From contig OZ287750.1 of NCBI GenBank assembly GCA_965649765.1, positions 46,128,001 to 46,192,000 of the forward strand: 64,000 nucleotides of DNA, given 5' to 3'. The DNA comes from Bispira polyomma (taxonomy: Eukaryota). Below are positions 12,301-25,600 of the stretch, piece by piece (position 1 is the first letter of the stretch; the number at the start of each line of letters is the position of its first letter). The notes below the pieces were generated by a model. That model made no database searches and was not told the origin of the DNA. It saw nothing but the letters and a program-made list of their open reading frames with translations. The translations under genes and the position numbers were made by a program.

Positions 12301-14194
12301 TTTTGCCACTGTGGTTCAGTGGGTAACACACTCGTCTAAGAATGCCAAGGACCTGGGTTTTGATCCCAGCCCTGGGACTCCCAGGTACAAGCAGATATAT
12401 AGTGACTCGGATAACCCTTGAAAATGGCTGACGTCTGTCATTGAGTCTTATTCCCAGTGAATTTTCCCTGGGAAAATAGTCATCCTTAAGCCTATATGTT
12501 TTCAGTTAAGAGCATGACAGTTACTGGTGCCATCTGACTATAATTTAACAGTCTAGAAAAGGTTAATTAGTGCTTTGAATTCCAATGTGGTGACATTTGA
12601 ATAACTTTGAATAAGAACACAAATAGATCATGACCTGTATAACATTAAACACACCATTTTAGGTTGTTGCACCTTGGATCAAACATTTCTACATGTCAGG
12701 GACGGGAGACTACTATGTAATACCTGGGTATGTACTGTCATACTACAGCAGTTGTAGGGGCCACGGTGGCTTAGTGGTTAGCAAGCATTGCGCTTCACAA
12801 TCACTGGTCTCTCACCTCTGGGCCGCGTGACTTCGAATCCCGTCGATGCCTATATGGGAAAGGTGGTAGTTCCTTACTGTGGGCCACTGGTTTCTCTGCA
12901 GAACCTTGACCGATTGTATGCAGTGTTTCCTACAGCGTTTCAAAGAACCCGTCCCAATATAACATACTAAAAGGTACTAGAGTGGATGTTAAATATCCAA
13001 ATTCAAATTCAAAACTGCAGCAGTTGTGTCTGCTTATGTCTCCCAAACCTAGCAAACCACACTGTATTACTTTCTTTACTTTAAAAAAAAATATTTTAAA
13101 TGCTTCTGATACTGATGGCCATCACCTAATAGCAACTGATCTTTTGGCCTAGCTAGTGAAAATAAAAATGTGGGATGCTTGGGAAACCCATATATTTTAA
13201 AGATATTTTTTTATTCTTTACAAAATTTCCTACTGAAATGACACACGTGACAAAATAACAGTCTCCTGTTGGGTGTCATTTTGGAAACATAGGCTTAGAA
13301 TATACTAGCATACATAGATTAGACTCTTAACTGATTAAGGCTTAGATTGATTGAGTGCTTCGTTGATAGTACTACACTGGGAAACATAAAAAGTAGCTCA
13401 TTATTTATATTGCAAAATGAAAAGATTCTCAGAAATATATTTTAACCCAGATAAATATAGTTTTTGAATTAAAATATAAAAAATACTCTTTGTGAACAAT
13501 TAAATGTAGCCTATTTAATTTGTATAACATTCTCCGGTAATAATTCGACCCACAACATCACTCCTAACCCACACTTTGTACTTGCAAGTTGTATGTGTCA
13601 TTCAGCATTTGTATTGCTTATATTTACAAACATTTGAATAATATATCACCCTTAGTGTTCTTCAGGTACAATTAATCCACTTTCTAAATGGTTGAAATAC
13701 AATTATTTGCTGTAATTGACACAGTTTTGCTGCCTACCTAACTACCTTTGTAATAAGTATGCAACCTTATTGGTTTATGGAATAACAAACTTTTATTATA
13801 GGAGTTTCTATTATCCAAACATTCCGTTCTATAAACCCACAATTCATATTTTCCCCCATTGTTTTATACCTAGTTTCCTTTTTCTTTTGTTACGAAACCT
13901 TTATTTATGTGAACAAAATCCTGCCCTCCTAACATGCTGCAATAATACACAATACAACATTCCTTCTATTGACTACATAAATAGCTTTTTTAAAGATTTA
14001 TCTCTGTTTTCACATTGATTTGGAGGACTTTTTAGACTGACTACAGTGACACTGGGAGGGACGTATTACTATGACGATTGGTCAGAGAAACCAACAAAGG
14101 CAGACAGAGAGGACATCTGGCGGGGATGTTGTCAACTAGTGCCAAGTCTCAAGGTAACACCAGCTGCCACCGTATTCTCCCCCCCCCCCCCCCA

Positions 14195-14225
<31 letters not shown>

Positions 14226-15035
14226 CAACTCAAGCTTAAACTCATACTCCACTCAAGTGAAGGCTATATGCACAATTCACAAGTATATGGAAAGAACTCG
14301 TGACCATTCATTGTGAAAGACTTTTGAGTGCAGAATTCAAATGTTGACTCAGATTTGACCTTACTTCACCCCAGTAAGAGATTAAAAAGCCTCAGAAAAC
14401 CCCCTCAGCATAGGTCATATCACAACGGCTAGATTTAAAAGGTGGCAGAAACCAATACTGAAGTACTCTAAACCACCGACCTATGGCAAGTAGCTGGCAA
14501 ACTTTCCCAAGTGAAGGAATAGGATTCGAACCCTCATTGGTGAGAGGCCAGTCATTCTGATGCTATGATGCTAACATTTCTAACTACTAGGCCCCAGAGC
14601 TTGAGTCTGAGCTAATTCTGAGAGTTGTGAAGATTACGACCACTGAGGCTATATCAACAAAAATCCTTTAACTTGAACTCATGACTAGACTTGTGTTGAA
14701 CCCATTCCTTTGAGTTTAAAGAGAAGTTGTTAGCTACTAAAGTAGAGATTTGTGTATAGTAGTAGTTCTACAGTTTATAATAATACCTCTGTTCTGTACC
14801 TGTATATTTATTATAGAAGGCTGATGTGATTGGAGAATGGTCTGGATTTAGACCCTGGCGTCCTAAGGTAAGACTGGATACAGAACGTGTGACAGGCGCT
14901 GGCCGTACCCGGGCTATTGTTCACAACTATGGACATGGAGGGAGCGGAATCACACTGCACTGGGGCTGTGCCTTAGAAGCTTGTGAACTGGTGAAGAAAG
15001 AACTCACTGGGGGACAAATAGTGTCCAAATTATAA
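6392..15035 (+). CDS. DAO/DDO: D-amino-acid oxidase / D-aspartate oxidase family flavoprotein, 338 aa, 8 coding exons: 6392-6588, 8277-8391, 9233-9378, 10336-10390, 11476-11577, 12663-12727, 14036-14153, 14817-15035
   Basis: All introns are GT-AG and phases match (2,0,2,0,0,2,0); 1017 nt with no internal stop. Motifs VVGAGVIGL (FAD), TTGDGAAGLW, YLPWL, IVNCTG, PIRGQ, APWIKHF, VTLGGT, GFRPWR, HNYGHGGSGITLHWGCA; C-terminal PTS1 SKL. Confidence 0.93.
6690..6956 (+). mobile_element. tRNA-derived SINE family A, copy 1
   Basis: A box GTGGCCTAGTGG, B box GTTCGAATCC, shared body, poly(A) tail, imperfect TSD ACAAAACAGGGTC/ACAACACAGTGTC. Confidence 0.85.
7839..8205 (-). mobile_element. SINE family A, copy 2, interrupted by a MITE at 8045-8151
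   Basis: Reverse complement of copy 1; TSD CAATGCTTTAA at 7828-7838 and 8206-8216. Confidence 0.85.
8045..8151. mobile_element. 107-bp palindromic MITE, PIF/Harbinger-like, CAG TSD
   Basis: TIR GGGCCGTATTCACGAA...TTCGTGAATACGGCCC; CAG on both sides; uninterrupted SINE copies show a single CAG here. Confidence 0.85.
8576..8682. mobile_element. Second copy of the 107-bp MITE (fragments also at about 16560-16586 and 37040-37098)
   Basis: Same TIRs and length, flanked by CAG at 8573-8575 and 8683-8685. Confidence 0.8.
8795..9232. repeat. About 41-bp minisatellite, about 10 units, ending at the DAO exon-3 acceptor
   Basis: Recurrent TTTTGTAGTACTTTTATAGTACACCTGCACTTGTG. Confidence 0.9.
10914..11024. 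repeat. Palindromic/inverted repeat, MITE-like
   Basis: GATAAACACCAAGTGGCAC..CATTATGTAAACTTAATG pairs with CATTAAGTTTACATAATG..GTGCCACAAGGTGTTTATC. Confidence 0.6.
11578..12172. repeat. 65-bp minisatellite (35+30 dimer), about 9 units, starting at the DAO exon-5 donor
   Basis: Recurrent GTAGAGACCTCAGAATACATTGATACACTTACTGTGGCCTTAGAATATATTGATACACTTACTGG. Confidence 0.92.
12757..13013 (+). mobile_element. SINE family A, copy 3
   Basis: Same consensus; AATTCA tail; TSD ACT(A/G)CAGCAGTTGT. Confidence 0.85.
14420..14597 (-). mobile_element. tRNA-derived SINE family B (Meta-domain-like body); related copies at about 7180-7330(-), 56775-56950(+) and 56990-57130(-)
   Basis: tRNA-like head with GGTTCGAATCC, followed by GGGAAAGTTTGCCAGCTACTTGCCATAGGTCGGTGGTTT. 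Confidence 0.55.
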
Positions 15036-16752
15036 TGAGTTTCTTAATTACTGATCGACAACATGCTGCAAGGTAGCAACATTGAACTCTTTGTGTAAAC
15101 AGTGTGAGGTCAGGGGTGGTATTCTCAAACAAGCCAAAATTACACTGACTTATCTTAGTGTAGTTTTTCACTTCAGAAAGTTTAACTTTATTGTTCATCC
15201 CTGACCTTATTTTGAACTTTGACAGATCAGAGTAATGACCTTGACCTAAAAATCTATATGTTACTAGTGACATTAGAGTAAATACCTTGACCTAAAACAA
15301 TACTAATAACACAGCTGTACTAAGACCTGAGACTAAGATGGACGTGACGGTTTAAACCAAATAAAACCATAGGTTTTAACTGTGGTCGGCAAAAACCTGT
15401 CAACCCTGCTAAGACTTAGTGTCATTAAAATGTTACTATACTAAAATGTTTTTAATTTTTTGGAGTCTAACTGTAATTGTCATTTTTTTTTTCTTAGACA
15501 GAGTCAAGATCAGTATGTATTTTGGTCCTTTATGTATGTGCATATATGTTTGTATACCAGGTATATTGTAATGTATTGTACTGTATATGTATGAAAAAAA
15601 GAAAATATAAAGAAATATAAAGAGTGTTAAAGTGATAAAAGAATTTAATATATTATATTTATGGATGCAATACATGTTGACAAGTTAAAGTGTAAATACC
15701 TCACTCAATTAAACCCTATATATACACATGCCACCTGTAGAAAATGTAAGCATAACCAGGTGTATCTAAGACCATATAACGTATTTCTGTGAAATGCTTT
15801 TACACAGATTGTAAACTAAACCTAAAAAATGATGTGAGACGATGTGATTACATGACCACTATAGAAGTGTCGGTTTGGTTAAGTCACACTGGAGTACATA
15901 ATTAGTAGTTGACTGGTGTATTGTATGAGTACACAAATGTTAAGTTTTAACAAACACAATTGTAAAACACGAATACATGTACTTTCATATAACGTTGAGT
16001 AAAAACTATAAAGTCTAAACAGTAAAATATATGATTATGACTAAATGATTACATGAACACCATGAAGACTGTTGGGTTTTAAGATAACATGAACCACCTA
16101 TGTGAGGAGAGTTCATGTAAGTTTAAATGTGTTTAATGAGTACAATGCCAAATCTTTGCCACTTTATATATCAGTAACTACTGACCCAAACTTCATATTT
16201 ACTACAGATATACAGGGTTAAGACATTTTCCTCTTTAATTATAAATTAGGTGAGGCTTTCACACTGTGGCTGTCACTTACTGCATGTGTACTATGTGTAC
16301 ACGTACTGGGGGAAATCAATGTATTCATTTAACACAAATACCAGTTTTATATCTTTAGCCTACTATTTGATTTTCAGATAATCTGATATTTCACTGGTAT
16401 ATTTAACTCGCTCTTTTTATTTCTGTGTTCAGCACTGGCGATATATTATTGGATACTCTATATATTTACTTCCTCGTTTTATTATTTATACTAAATAACA
16501 TTTCTCTCCTGATTTTCTGAAAACACAATAGTTGTATATCCTTTTTAAGCTTCCTTCTTTTAAGTCCCTTCGTGAATACAGGCCCAGGATATTTTTAGAA
16601 AACCAGAAGGGTAATTTTTCTTTAATTAAATAATAAAACTTAGAAATAAATATTCACTGCAGAATAATATCCTACATATAATGGAAAAACAAGCAGTTGA
16701 ATATAAAGAGTGTAAAGTTACCACAGCAGTAACTTTAATAACAATTCTTTAA

Positions 16753-16965
16753 TTTTTTATTAATTGGGATATTTAACGTCCACTCTAGTACCTGTTTAGG
16801 TTATATTTGGATGGGTAGTCGAAAACGCTGTATACAGTTTATCAAGATTCTGCACTGAAACCACAGTAAGGAACTACCACCTTTCCCACATAGCCATTGA
16901 CTGGAGTCGAACCTACGCCATTCGATCCCAGAGGTGAGAGACCAGTGACTGCCACTGCGGCCCCC
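16753..16965 (-). mobile_element. SINE family A, copy 4 (internally deleted)
   Basis: Perfect 13-bp TSD AACAATTCTTTAA at 16740-16752 and 16966-16978. Confidence 0.85.
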
Positions 16966-17289
16966 AACAATTCTTTAACAACAAAAAAAAAATGAAAATT
17001 AGTGGGTACTTCACCCCCCGCTTAGGGTGGTGGGGACTTTTCCTGGCGGAGACTTGGCTGGTGGGCACTTCACCTGGTGAGGATTTCACCCCCTCCCCCC
17101 ACTTAGGGTGGTGGGGACTTCACTGGTGGGCACTTCACCTGGTGGGGACTTCTCCGTACACCTGAAGAATGATTTGAAGGTTCAGGAGATTAAAGAAACT
17201 AATTACTTGTAAACACATTTATACTCCTATATTTTCTGCCATCTGGTATTCATCAGGTATTCTAATTAACCCTTGCCTGAATGCAACAG

Positions 17290-17567
17290 TCAACTGCATC
17301 AGTTACTATCATTCCCCTAATTGAAGAGAGAGGCTTGAGGATGACCATTTATCAATAAACCCAAGGATCTTTAGCCTGCCACCGGGGATATGACCCAGTG
17401 ACAGAGGGCCGCCATTTTAAGTGGTCATCCGCGCCACTAGGCAAACGTGTGTACACATCTTGCCGGAGGATGTTATCGCACCAATCAAAATAGCCGCCGG
17501 TACTGGGAATAGAACCCAAGACCTTCTGATCATCAGACCAACTCCATAACCTCTAGACCACAGGGGA
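17290..17567 (-). mobile_element. tRNA-derived SINE family C (CORE/Deu-like body); fragments at about 7010-7170, 36500-36550 and 39810-39915
   Basis: tRNA-like head GTGGTCTAGAGG..GGGTTCTATTCCC; the body GGATGACCACTTAAAATGG..GTGGCAGGCTAAAGATCCTTGGG recurs. Confidence 0.55.
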
Positions 17568-17614
17568 CTAAAACACCACATTAAAAGTGGTTTAGAAGAA
17601 ACAAATAATACAAG

Positions 17615-17700
17615 ATGTCAGCTGAAAAATGTGAGTCAGAGTTTGAAGACCTGTACACAGCGTGTTGTAAAGGTGAAGAAGAAACGACTTTAGGTCTTTT
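17615..17700 (+). pseudogene. 5' fragment of a third ankyrin/death-domain paralog
   Basis: FEDLYTACCKGEEET matches FENLYRACCKGEEET of the gene at 18726; upstream 16660-16735 resembles 18510-18570. Confidence 0.7.
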
Positions 17701-18725
17701 CAACCAGAGGTGTTTTAACACTGTAGAAATTATCAGAATTAAACTCCTGTTTTGTAGAAAAAACAGAGGTTTCTTTAAAAGGAAACATCTGTTTTAAACA
17801 ATAGGTATCACTCAATTTTGAAGAAACTCCCAATTCTCCTATACATAATCCCTTTTTAGAAACAGTACGAGCATCAAGGTCACCAATAATAACGAACAAG
17901 TCCATCAAAAAGTTACGATTTAGGTACCCTTATCTTTGATCGGGTCCAGATGAATGTGTTTATATTTAAACTTCAAGGCAGGGGGCTACATAATCTACTT
18001 ATACCATTCAATATATACACGAAAAGATTGCATCTACAGATTTCTAATTTTTTAATATTTTATTAATATGGTAAGTTATTGTCCGGTAAAGTGTAAATTA
18101 AAACTGAATCTATTCATCTAGTTGTAATTGTTCCCGTTGGTCTACTCGGAAGGCAGTAAGATTTGATAATAAAACGGCCACATATAAATAATGTTTACAC
18201 CTCACAAACATAGTAAACATTTTCTATAGAATCATAAGAATGGACTAGTTCCAGCAGCTTATTTTTCCTAACTTTTACTAAATCTATGTTTTATGCTTAT
18301 TTAATGCTATATATTTGTTGTATTTTATAGACAATGACTCACGTCACAAAATAGTTTGTCACAATGGCTGTATGTCGTTTTAATCATGCACAATATAGCG
18401 CATGACATTGTCCTTATAATGCGTGGGTTAAATATCTGGATCTTTGCAGAAAACATAACTGCTACTTTATTGAAATAATCACACGAGGAAGTAAATAAAT
18501 GTTATCAAATAATATCCTAATGACGAAACAACCATTTAAATATAAGGAGTTGGAAGCTACCACAGTATTTGAAAATAAGAGAGAATAGCTTAAATGAAGA
18601 GAAATTACAGAAACCTATCCTAGTATATAGTGTGTATGACTTTAAAATAATTAAATCATTTAAGAATTTAAAAAACTAGAAGAACGCATGTTTAAAGAGA
18701 CTATTAGAAAAATAAATAATGCAAC

Positions 18726-21530
18726 ATGTCTGTTGAAACAGTGTTTGAAAACTTGTACAGAGCCTGTTGTAAAGGTGAGGAAGAAACAGCCATAAGTCTC
18801 TTAGACCAGAAGGATATAGACATTGTACACATTCTCAACACAAGACATCAAGATAATGGTACCACAGTGCTGCACATGGCTGCAGATGAGGGGCTCACTA
18901 AAGTGGTCCAAGAGGTGCTGAACAAGGGATGTCCGATAGACTTAGTGGATGATGAGGGCTTAAATGTATTGCATTGGGCTCTGCGGAAAGGAAAGAGTAC
19001 GGACATGGTTCAAGCACTTCTGGAAAGAGAAGACTGCTTCCCTTTGTATGACCAAAGTGCCACAGAAGAAGGATTCACACCATTAATGTGTGGGCTGAAG
19101 AACGGCAGTGGGGCGGCAGCAAAGGCCTTGCTTAAATGTAATGGCCAACATCCGCTGTGGAGTGTGGATAGAAATGAAAAGAAAACCTTCAGGATTGATT
19201 TCAAAAGCTATATGGTATCAAAACAAAATATTTATATTGAGGCTATGAAGATTGATGATCTAGAACTAATTACGTTATTGCTTGAAAAAGATCAGCATTG
19301 GAAAGAAGGGGTAGTTATGGAACAGGATGGAAAAAATGGACTGATGATAGCTGCAGAAAAAAAACTATGGAAGAATGTTGAAGTTGTTCTGGTGCATGGT
19401 GATCTGAGTCTGAGTCAATCTGATCTTGAAACAGTGCTGGTCAAAGTGGTCAGAGATGGTAACCACAATCTACTTGATATGATTCTGACCAAGGAATTCC
19501 AAAAAGGTACACTATGCCTCAGAACAAGACTGATACATGCCGCTCTGGCCTCGCCAAAAAGGGACACAAAGATTGTCGAGATGCTGATTTGAAACAAAGT
19601 GGATATTACAGGTGTTAATAAAAATGGCCTTAACATAGTGCATATCATAGCTTCCAATGGTGATGACAAAATTTTGTCTGTTGTAAGAGGTAATTTGCCT
19701 CAAAAAAGTTTTAACAAACAGTTCCAAGACTTACTGTCACAGAAATGTCCAGTATATAAAACTATTCTATGTTTTGGAGATATCAAACAAACTTACGAAC
19801 TGATGCAGTGCAATGCTTTACATGTAGCAACCGTAAATCTGCATTTTACTGTTTTGAGTAAACTTCTGCTGTATAGGGCTGATCCACATGACACAGATGA
19901 TAGTGATCGTTCACCTTTACAGCTTGTGAAAGAACTGAATGATGATTTTGGAAGTCTAACCCCAGATTTCAGTCGTAAATTTGACGAAATATATGAAGCT
20001 CTGCTTAAGGCAGGCAAAGAGGTGCCAGATACCAATACACAAAAAAAACTTATGGGAAACTTAGAAACGGCTGTGTTAGACAGCTACACAGAAATTAAAA
20101 CAAATTTGGTGTCTATCAAAGACAAGATTGATTCTATCGAGGGGTCTACAAACCAGTCTCGTGAGGTTATGCAACAAGTCACTGAAACAGTAACCTCATT
20201 GGAACAAAATTTGGAAGCAACATCTGTGAAAACCACGAAGGCTTTAGAAGATGTGAAAGAGGAACTTGTCTTACTCAAGTGCAGTATGTCTACTGAAGAA
20301 ATGGTATATTATGAACTTATACAACAAATAGCAAAGAAACTTGGACAAAGTCCAAGAAAAAAAGATCAAAAACCTTTATGGGAACAATTGGCAGATGAGT
20401 TACTTACGGTTGCTGCTTGTCCAACAAAAATACGCTCTAGCATCATGGAGAAAATAAAGACAGAAAATAACTCTGACCAAGAATGTGCTTTGCAGTTTCT
20501 TGTGATCTGGAAATCATTGATTTGTCAAGGGAAGATCCAGCTGCCTGTAATTCAGGAAGTACTGAATAAACTGAATGTTGAATTTTCCGATTTGACTAGC
20601 CTCAAAACACAACTTGCTGAGTATTGGCAAAGATCTGAATCAGGTATGTAATCACTGAATGTCAAACTGTAAAATACACACAAAGCCTGTTTTTGTAAAT
20701 AATCAGTATCACGGTGGTCACAATCAAAAGTGTTCATGTCATATATGCGTTAATTATTGTTATATTTTTATGTCATATATGTCATATATGCGTTAATTAT
20801 TGCTATATATTTATATTATTACTATTTTTACCCTTAGGTTGTCGCCAAGCAGTTAAAGGCAATTGTTAGTCCCAGGACCTGTGTCTGTCGGCAAGCAGTT
20901 AACATGCCAAAAATATTATGTGTTTTCAGTTTCTCACAAGGGAACATTGTTAGTGCAGCAGACGTCCCTGTTTAAAAAATTATACGTACTGTTGGTATGT
21001 AATGCTGGAAGTGGTTAGTGGTGTCAGTTTTAGTGACTTCAGCTATGTGTCACCTGTTGCTGATAATTTTCATTATATGTTGAAACTGTACAATTTCATC
21101 CAATACACTAATGACCTCATCTCCCTATTACTTGAGTATTCAGGTTTTTGTCTTAAATGTAAGATTTTGTTTTTCCAAACAAGTTCCCCTCCCAAGTGGT
21201 TTAGATAAGAGAGGCTATACTGCAATAATTTATTTTGTAGTTGATCTCAGTGACAGACAACTTAGTGACATTGCCAAAATGATTGGGAAGGAATGGATTG
21301 AACTGGGACTGGAGCTGGACTTGGACAAACCAGAGCTGGAAAAGATTGATGCAGACAATAGTCGCCTGCATGGTAAAATATTGGAGATGCTCTTGACATG
21401 GAGAAGAAAAGAGGCAGGATACTCAGATGTGAAAATGGTGCACCTGTGCAAGGCATTAAAGAAAATAGGCAGAGAAGATATAGCACATGGAATTTCTACA
21501 AAAAGTAGTAAACTTTGCAATATTGTATGA
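18726..21530 (+). pseudogene. Ankyrin-repeat (about 10) + coiled-coil + tandem death-domain protein; exons 18726-20643 and 21241-21530; single in-frame TGA at 19590-19592
   Basis: ANK motifs (GTTVLHMAA, GLNVLHWAL, GFTPLMCG, NALHVA). ORFs 18726 and 19599 are in the same frame. Phase-1 donor TCAG|GTATGT joins phase-1 acceptor TTTGTAG|TT. Death domain IAKMIGKEWIELGLEL...EMLLTWRRKE; an earlier death-like domain at IAKKLG...FLVIWK. Confidence 0.8.
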
Positions 21531-22649
21531 GTTAATGTGCATGGCGTAAGATGGAGTAAGATATATTGTTCTAAGGAAACAATTTAACGCAACTTTGGAC
21601 ATATTATGTTTTTGGCCATGTTCATTTTAGAATCTATGGTATATTTATTCCAGTAGTGTATGTTATATATAATGTAACAATAGTAAATGTTAAAGAATTA
21701 TAAGAGGTTAATTTTAATTCAAGAATGATTTTTTGGAATTTATAATTTAAAGAAATCTGATTACATATTTCAATTGCTGTAGTAATATAACTACTGTAAT
21801 GTTAGTCTCAGATTTGTATGCTTTGGTCAAGTTTGTTACAGAATCTATGGTATACTAAAAATGAGTTGATGTTATTGATGATGTTCCAATGGTTATGTCT
21901 AATTTTTAAAGTTAATTAAAGGATTTATATTAAGTAGTTTATCTATTTAACATTTAAACAATCTTACTTAGACCTTTGAAATAATATACTAGAAAATTTT
22001 CTTTTGAAAAACATGTTTGATCATGTGTAATACAGAATATCTTTTATTTCAATTTAACATTTTATTTTGTGCTGGTAAACATATAAAATAATAATTGTTT
22101 TGTATTGTATTTTCTATTTCTTATTACTTTATATTTTAATTCCTGACTGAAGATTATTTTAATCTGAATTGTGACAATTCCAGGTTATTTCAATTCATTT
22201 GTGAAATTTATAAATCTGGTTTTGTTATGGTTTAAAATAGCATTGAAAGTACAAGCAATTTACATTTTCTGTTTGGTAAGCAGGACACCTTTAGGGGACT
22301 GATACTTCAGTTCATAACCTCATTTTTGGTCCACCTTAACAATTAATTTTGCTACGACATACTTTATTCTCACAGTCTGTCCATTTTTAGACGAGCCAAT
22401 AGGATTGTTAGAACGTCACCATTCTTTCCGCTAAAACTTAGGGACACCATATTAATTTTTTATTTTTTTTTTACATATATATATATACATAAATTACAAT
22501 ACAACACAACATTACAATATACAAGTATTACAAAACAAGAGAACACAGAAATACACAAACAAAATACAACATTACTATGATAATATGTTTATTAATCAGT
22601 CTCAGATATATCATTTCTATTACATGTTTTGAAACAAAACAACATTTTA

Positions 22650-25600
22650 TTAGCTCTTGTATAATAATTCATAATAATAATATTTGTCTGGTGTAATTCC
22701 TTCAAGCATTTTTGTTGTGCAGAGAACTTTAAATTTTTCCTTCATAACTAAAATAAATTCAAAGAATATTAGACTATTCTTATTTGTTCTTTTTTTATTG
22801 ATAAACCATTTTCCAAGAGTTAAAATATAATTTATGGTTTCTAATATAGGATCATGTGTATAAGGTATTCCAAATATCACTTCACATACAGTAAAGTTAA
22901 ACTTTGTGTTTAGGTAACTATAGATCCAATCCTCCAAGTTTTTCCAAAATTTTATACTTTCTTGACATTCATATAAATGGCGAGAAATTGTATCTACACT
23001 CCCACAGTACAAACAATTTGGTGAAGTCAGTATGTGCCACTTTTATAAGTTGTAATTACAATTTAAAAGTCTGTTAATTATCTTGTATTGAAAACTTTGA
23101 TGGTAAGGTTCTATTAAAAATTTATACGCAGTGTAAAAGTTTCGGTCCAATGATGAGATTCCAAGAAAGGATAAGTTTCGATCCAGCTTTCAATTGCAGT
23201 TGGTGTTTTAGTTATTTTCCTTATTTGTTCTTCATAAACTTGTTTACAGGTAATTTTTTTTGATGGAATCCATTTATTAGAAAGATTCAAATGAATTTCA
23301 TCACTCCAACGATTTGAGATATCTATGGAATAAAGTTTTAGTTTTCCCTCCCACAATTTTGGAATGGAACTCACAACAGAGTTGTAGAACATTTGGCTTA
23401 AACTTGCATTTAGCCTTTGGTTTAATTCATGTCTTTGTAAAATATATCCGTTTTGGTCCAAGATATCTATCACTTTAATGTTATAGCCAAATTGTTTCGG
23501 AAATTGAGTTCTGGATATTGGCCTCTTAGCTATAGTAATTTCTTTATTATAAAGAATATATTCATTTAATATCTCGGTTTCATTGTCAGGAGTTGTACAG
23601 TAGACTTTATACCAGCTTTCTAAAACTTGTTGATGGAACATTGTCAAGCACTTTTTTGTAGAGATAAAACTGAAATTTTTATTTAGTAAATTTTCATTTA
23701 GAGAGAGCATTTCGTATGTCAATATTTTCCAATTAGCATTATTATTATAGGCAAGTCTTTTAATCCAGCTACATTTAGCTGCTGTATGCATAGAATAGAT
23801 GTCTACCATTTTTAGCCCACCATCTTCAATTGATGCAACAATGGTATCTTTTTTAACTTTTGCAGGTTTATTTTTCCACAAAAATGATAAAAACATGGTA
23901 TTAATTTGCTCTAAAATCTCTTTTGGTACATAAATAACGTTAAAAAGATATAAAACTTGTGGCAGAATTAGTGACTTTAGGATTATTATTCTCCCTTTTA
24001 GTGATAGGTTTCGTGAGTTCCAAATAAAAAGTATCTTTTTCATATTTTCTATCTTTACGTTAAAATTTAAATCAACCATTTCTTTTCTACTTTTGGAAAA
24101 CTAAATCCCTAATGTTTTAAATGCAGTGTTTTTTATTTTAACCATATTGATTGACTTAGGAGTGGTGACAATTTTATGGACATTTGTACCAATTGGTATT
24201 ATTTCAGTTTTGTCAAGATTGAGTTTTAACCCCGAACATTGAGAAAATTTCTTATATTGTTGAACCGCTTCTTCAACAGATGCCATATTCTTTAAAAAAA
24301 GGGTTGTATCATCAGCTAGCATTTTAATTTTGAATTCACAGCCATTTACAGCCAGTCCCTTGATATCATCTTTGTGTCTTATATATATGGCCATTATTTC
24401 TGCAACAAGAAGAAAAAGTAGAGCAGAAATTGGGCAACCTTGTCTAATTCCACGTGTTAGCTAAAAATATTGAGAGTAATAGCCATTATTACCTACACAT
24501 GAAGATATATTGGTGTACAATATTTTAACCCAACTGATAAGCTACGGACAAAAGTTATATTTTTCTAAACATTTGAACATAAAGTTCCATTCTATCATGT
24601 CAAAGGCTTTTCTAAAATCTATTAACATTAGATAACCTGATATATTGTATTTAGTACTATATGTCATTAAATCTGTTATGGTTCGAACATTTTCCCCAAT
24701 ATATCTGCCTGAAATGTATCCTACCTGATCTGGATGTATGATTTTTGGTAAGACTTTCTGTAGTCTTAAAGCTAATGCTTTTGTCAAGATTTTATAATCT
24801 GTTTGCAACAGACTTACAGGTCTCCAATTTGACAAGTAACATAGATCCTTTTCACCTTTGGGTATCAAATTTATTATTCCTCTCTGTTGGTCATTACTTG
24901 ACAGCTTATGTTCAAACGAATACAGAAAACTATTAAACAACATATCTTTAAAGTCAATCCAAAAGAATTTGTAAAAGTTGGTTGTGAAACCATCTCATCC
25001 TGGAGATTTATCATTACGTAGAAGTTTCAGTGCTTTTGTGCATTCTTCAATAGTCAATGGAGCTTCACATAAAAGATGATCAGCATTTTCTAACTTTGGA
25101 ATGAAATTGTTGTTCAAAAAGTGGCTTTCTATTGCGAAGTCATCTGTATTGACTTCAGATGTGTATAGTTTCCGATAATACTTTTCTTCTTGTATTATGT
25201 CTTCGAGATCAGTCAATGCGTTATCATTGTCTGTGATAATTTTTTTTATATACTTGTTATTAAAATTTCGTTTCTCTAGATTTAAGAAATATTTTGTATT
25301 TTTTTTCACCATGCTCTACCCATTTGGCCTTTGACCTTGTTATTATACCATTATTTTTTATCTTAATTAGATTTTCCCATTCAAGTTTACACTGGAGGTA
25401 TTCTAAATAACTACTTTCATTTTCGTTAATGTTTTACTCTAATCTGTTAATTTTTTCTGCCAGATCCTTCTCCTGTTTCCTCATTCTCTTAGCTTTATCA
25501 GCTGAGAAAATAATTGTATGACTTCTAATTTCACATTTTACAAAAGTCCCAAAGAGTATTTTTGTTTTCTATAAATACCTTATTTTTAATATTTTTAACA

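Noticed and set aside
12788-12970. Repeated small ORFs (MRFTITGLSPLG...) at 7788, 12788 and 59730 as a gene family
   Set aside because: They are chance frames within SINE family A.
19590-19592. Selenocysteine or readthrough TGA in the ankyrin gene
   Set aside because: The paralog has Gln, not Cys; the context is not TGA-CTA and no SECIS was recognised.
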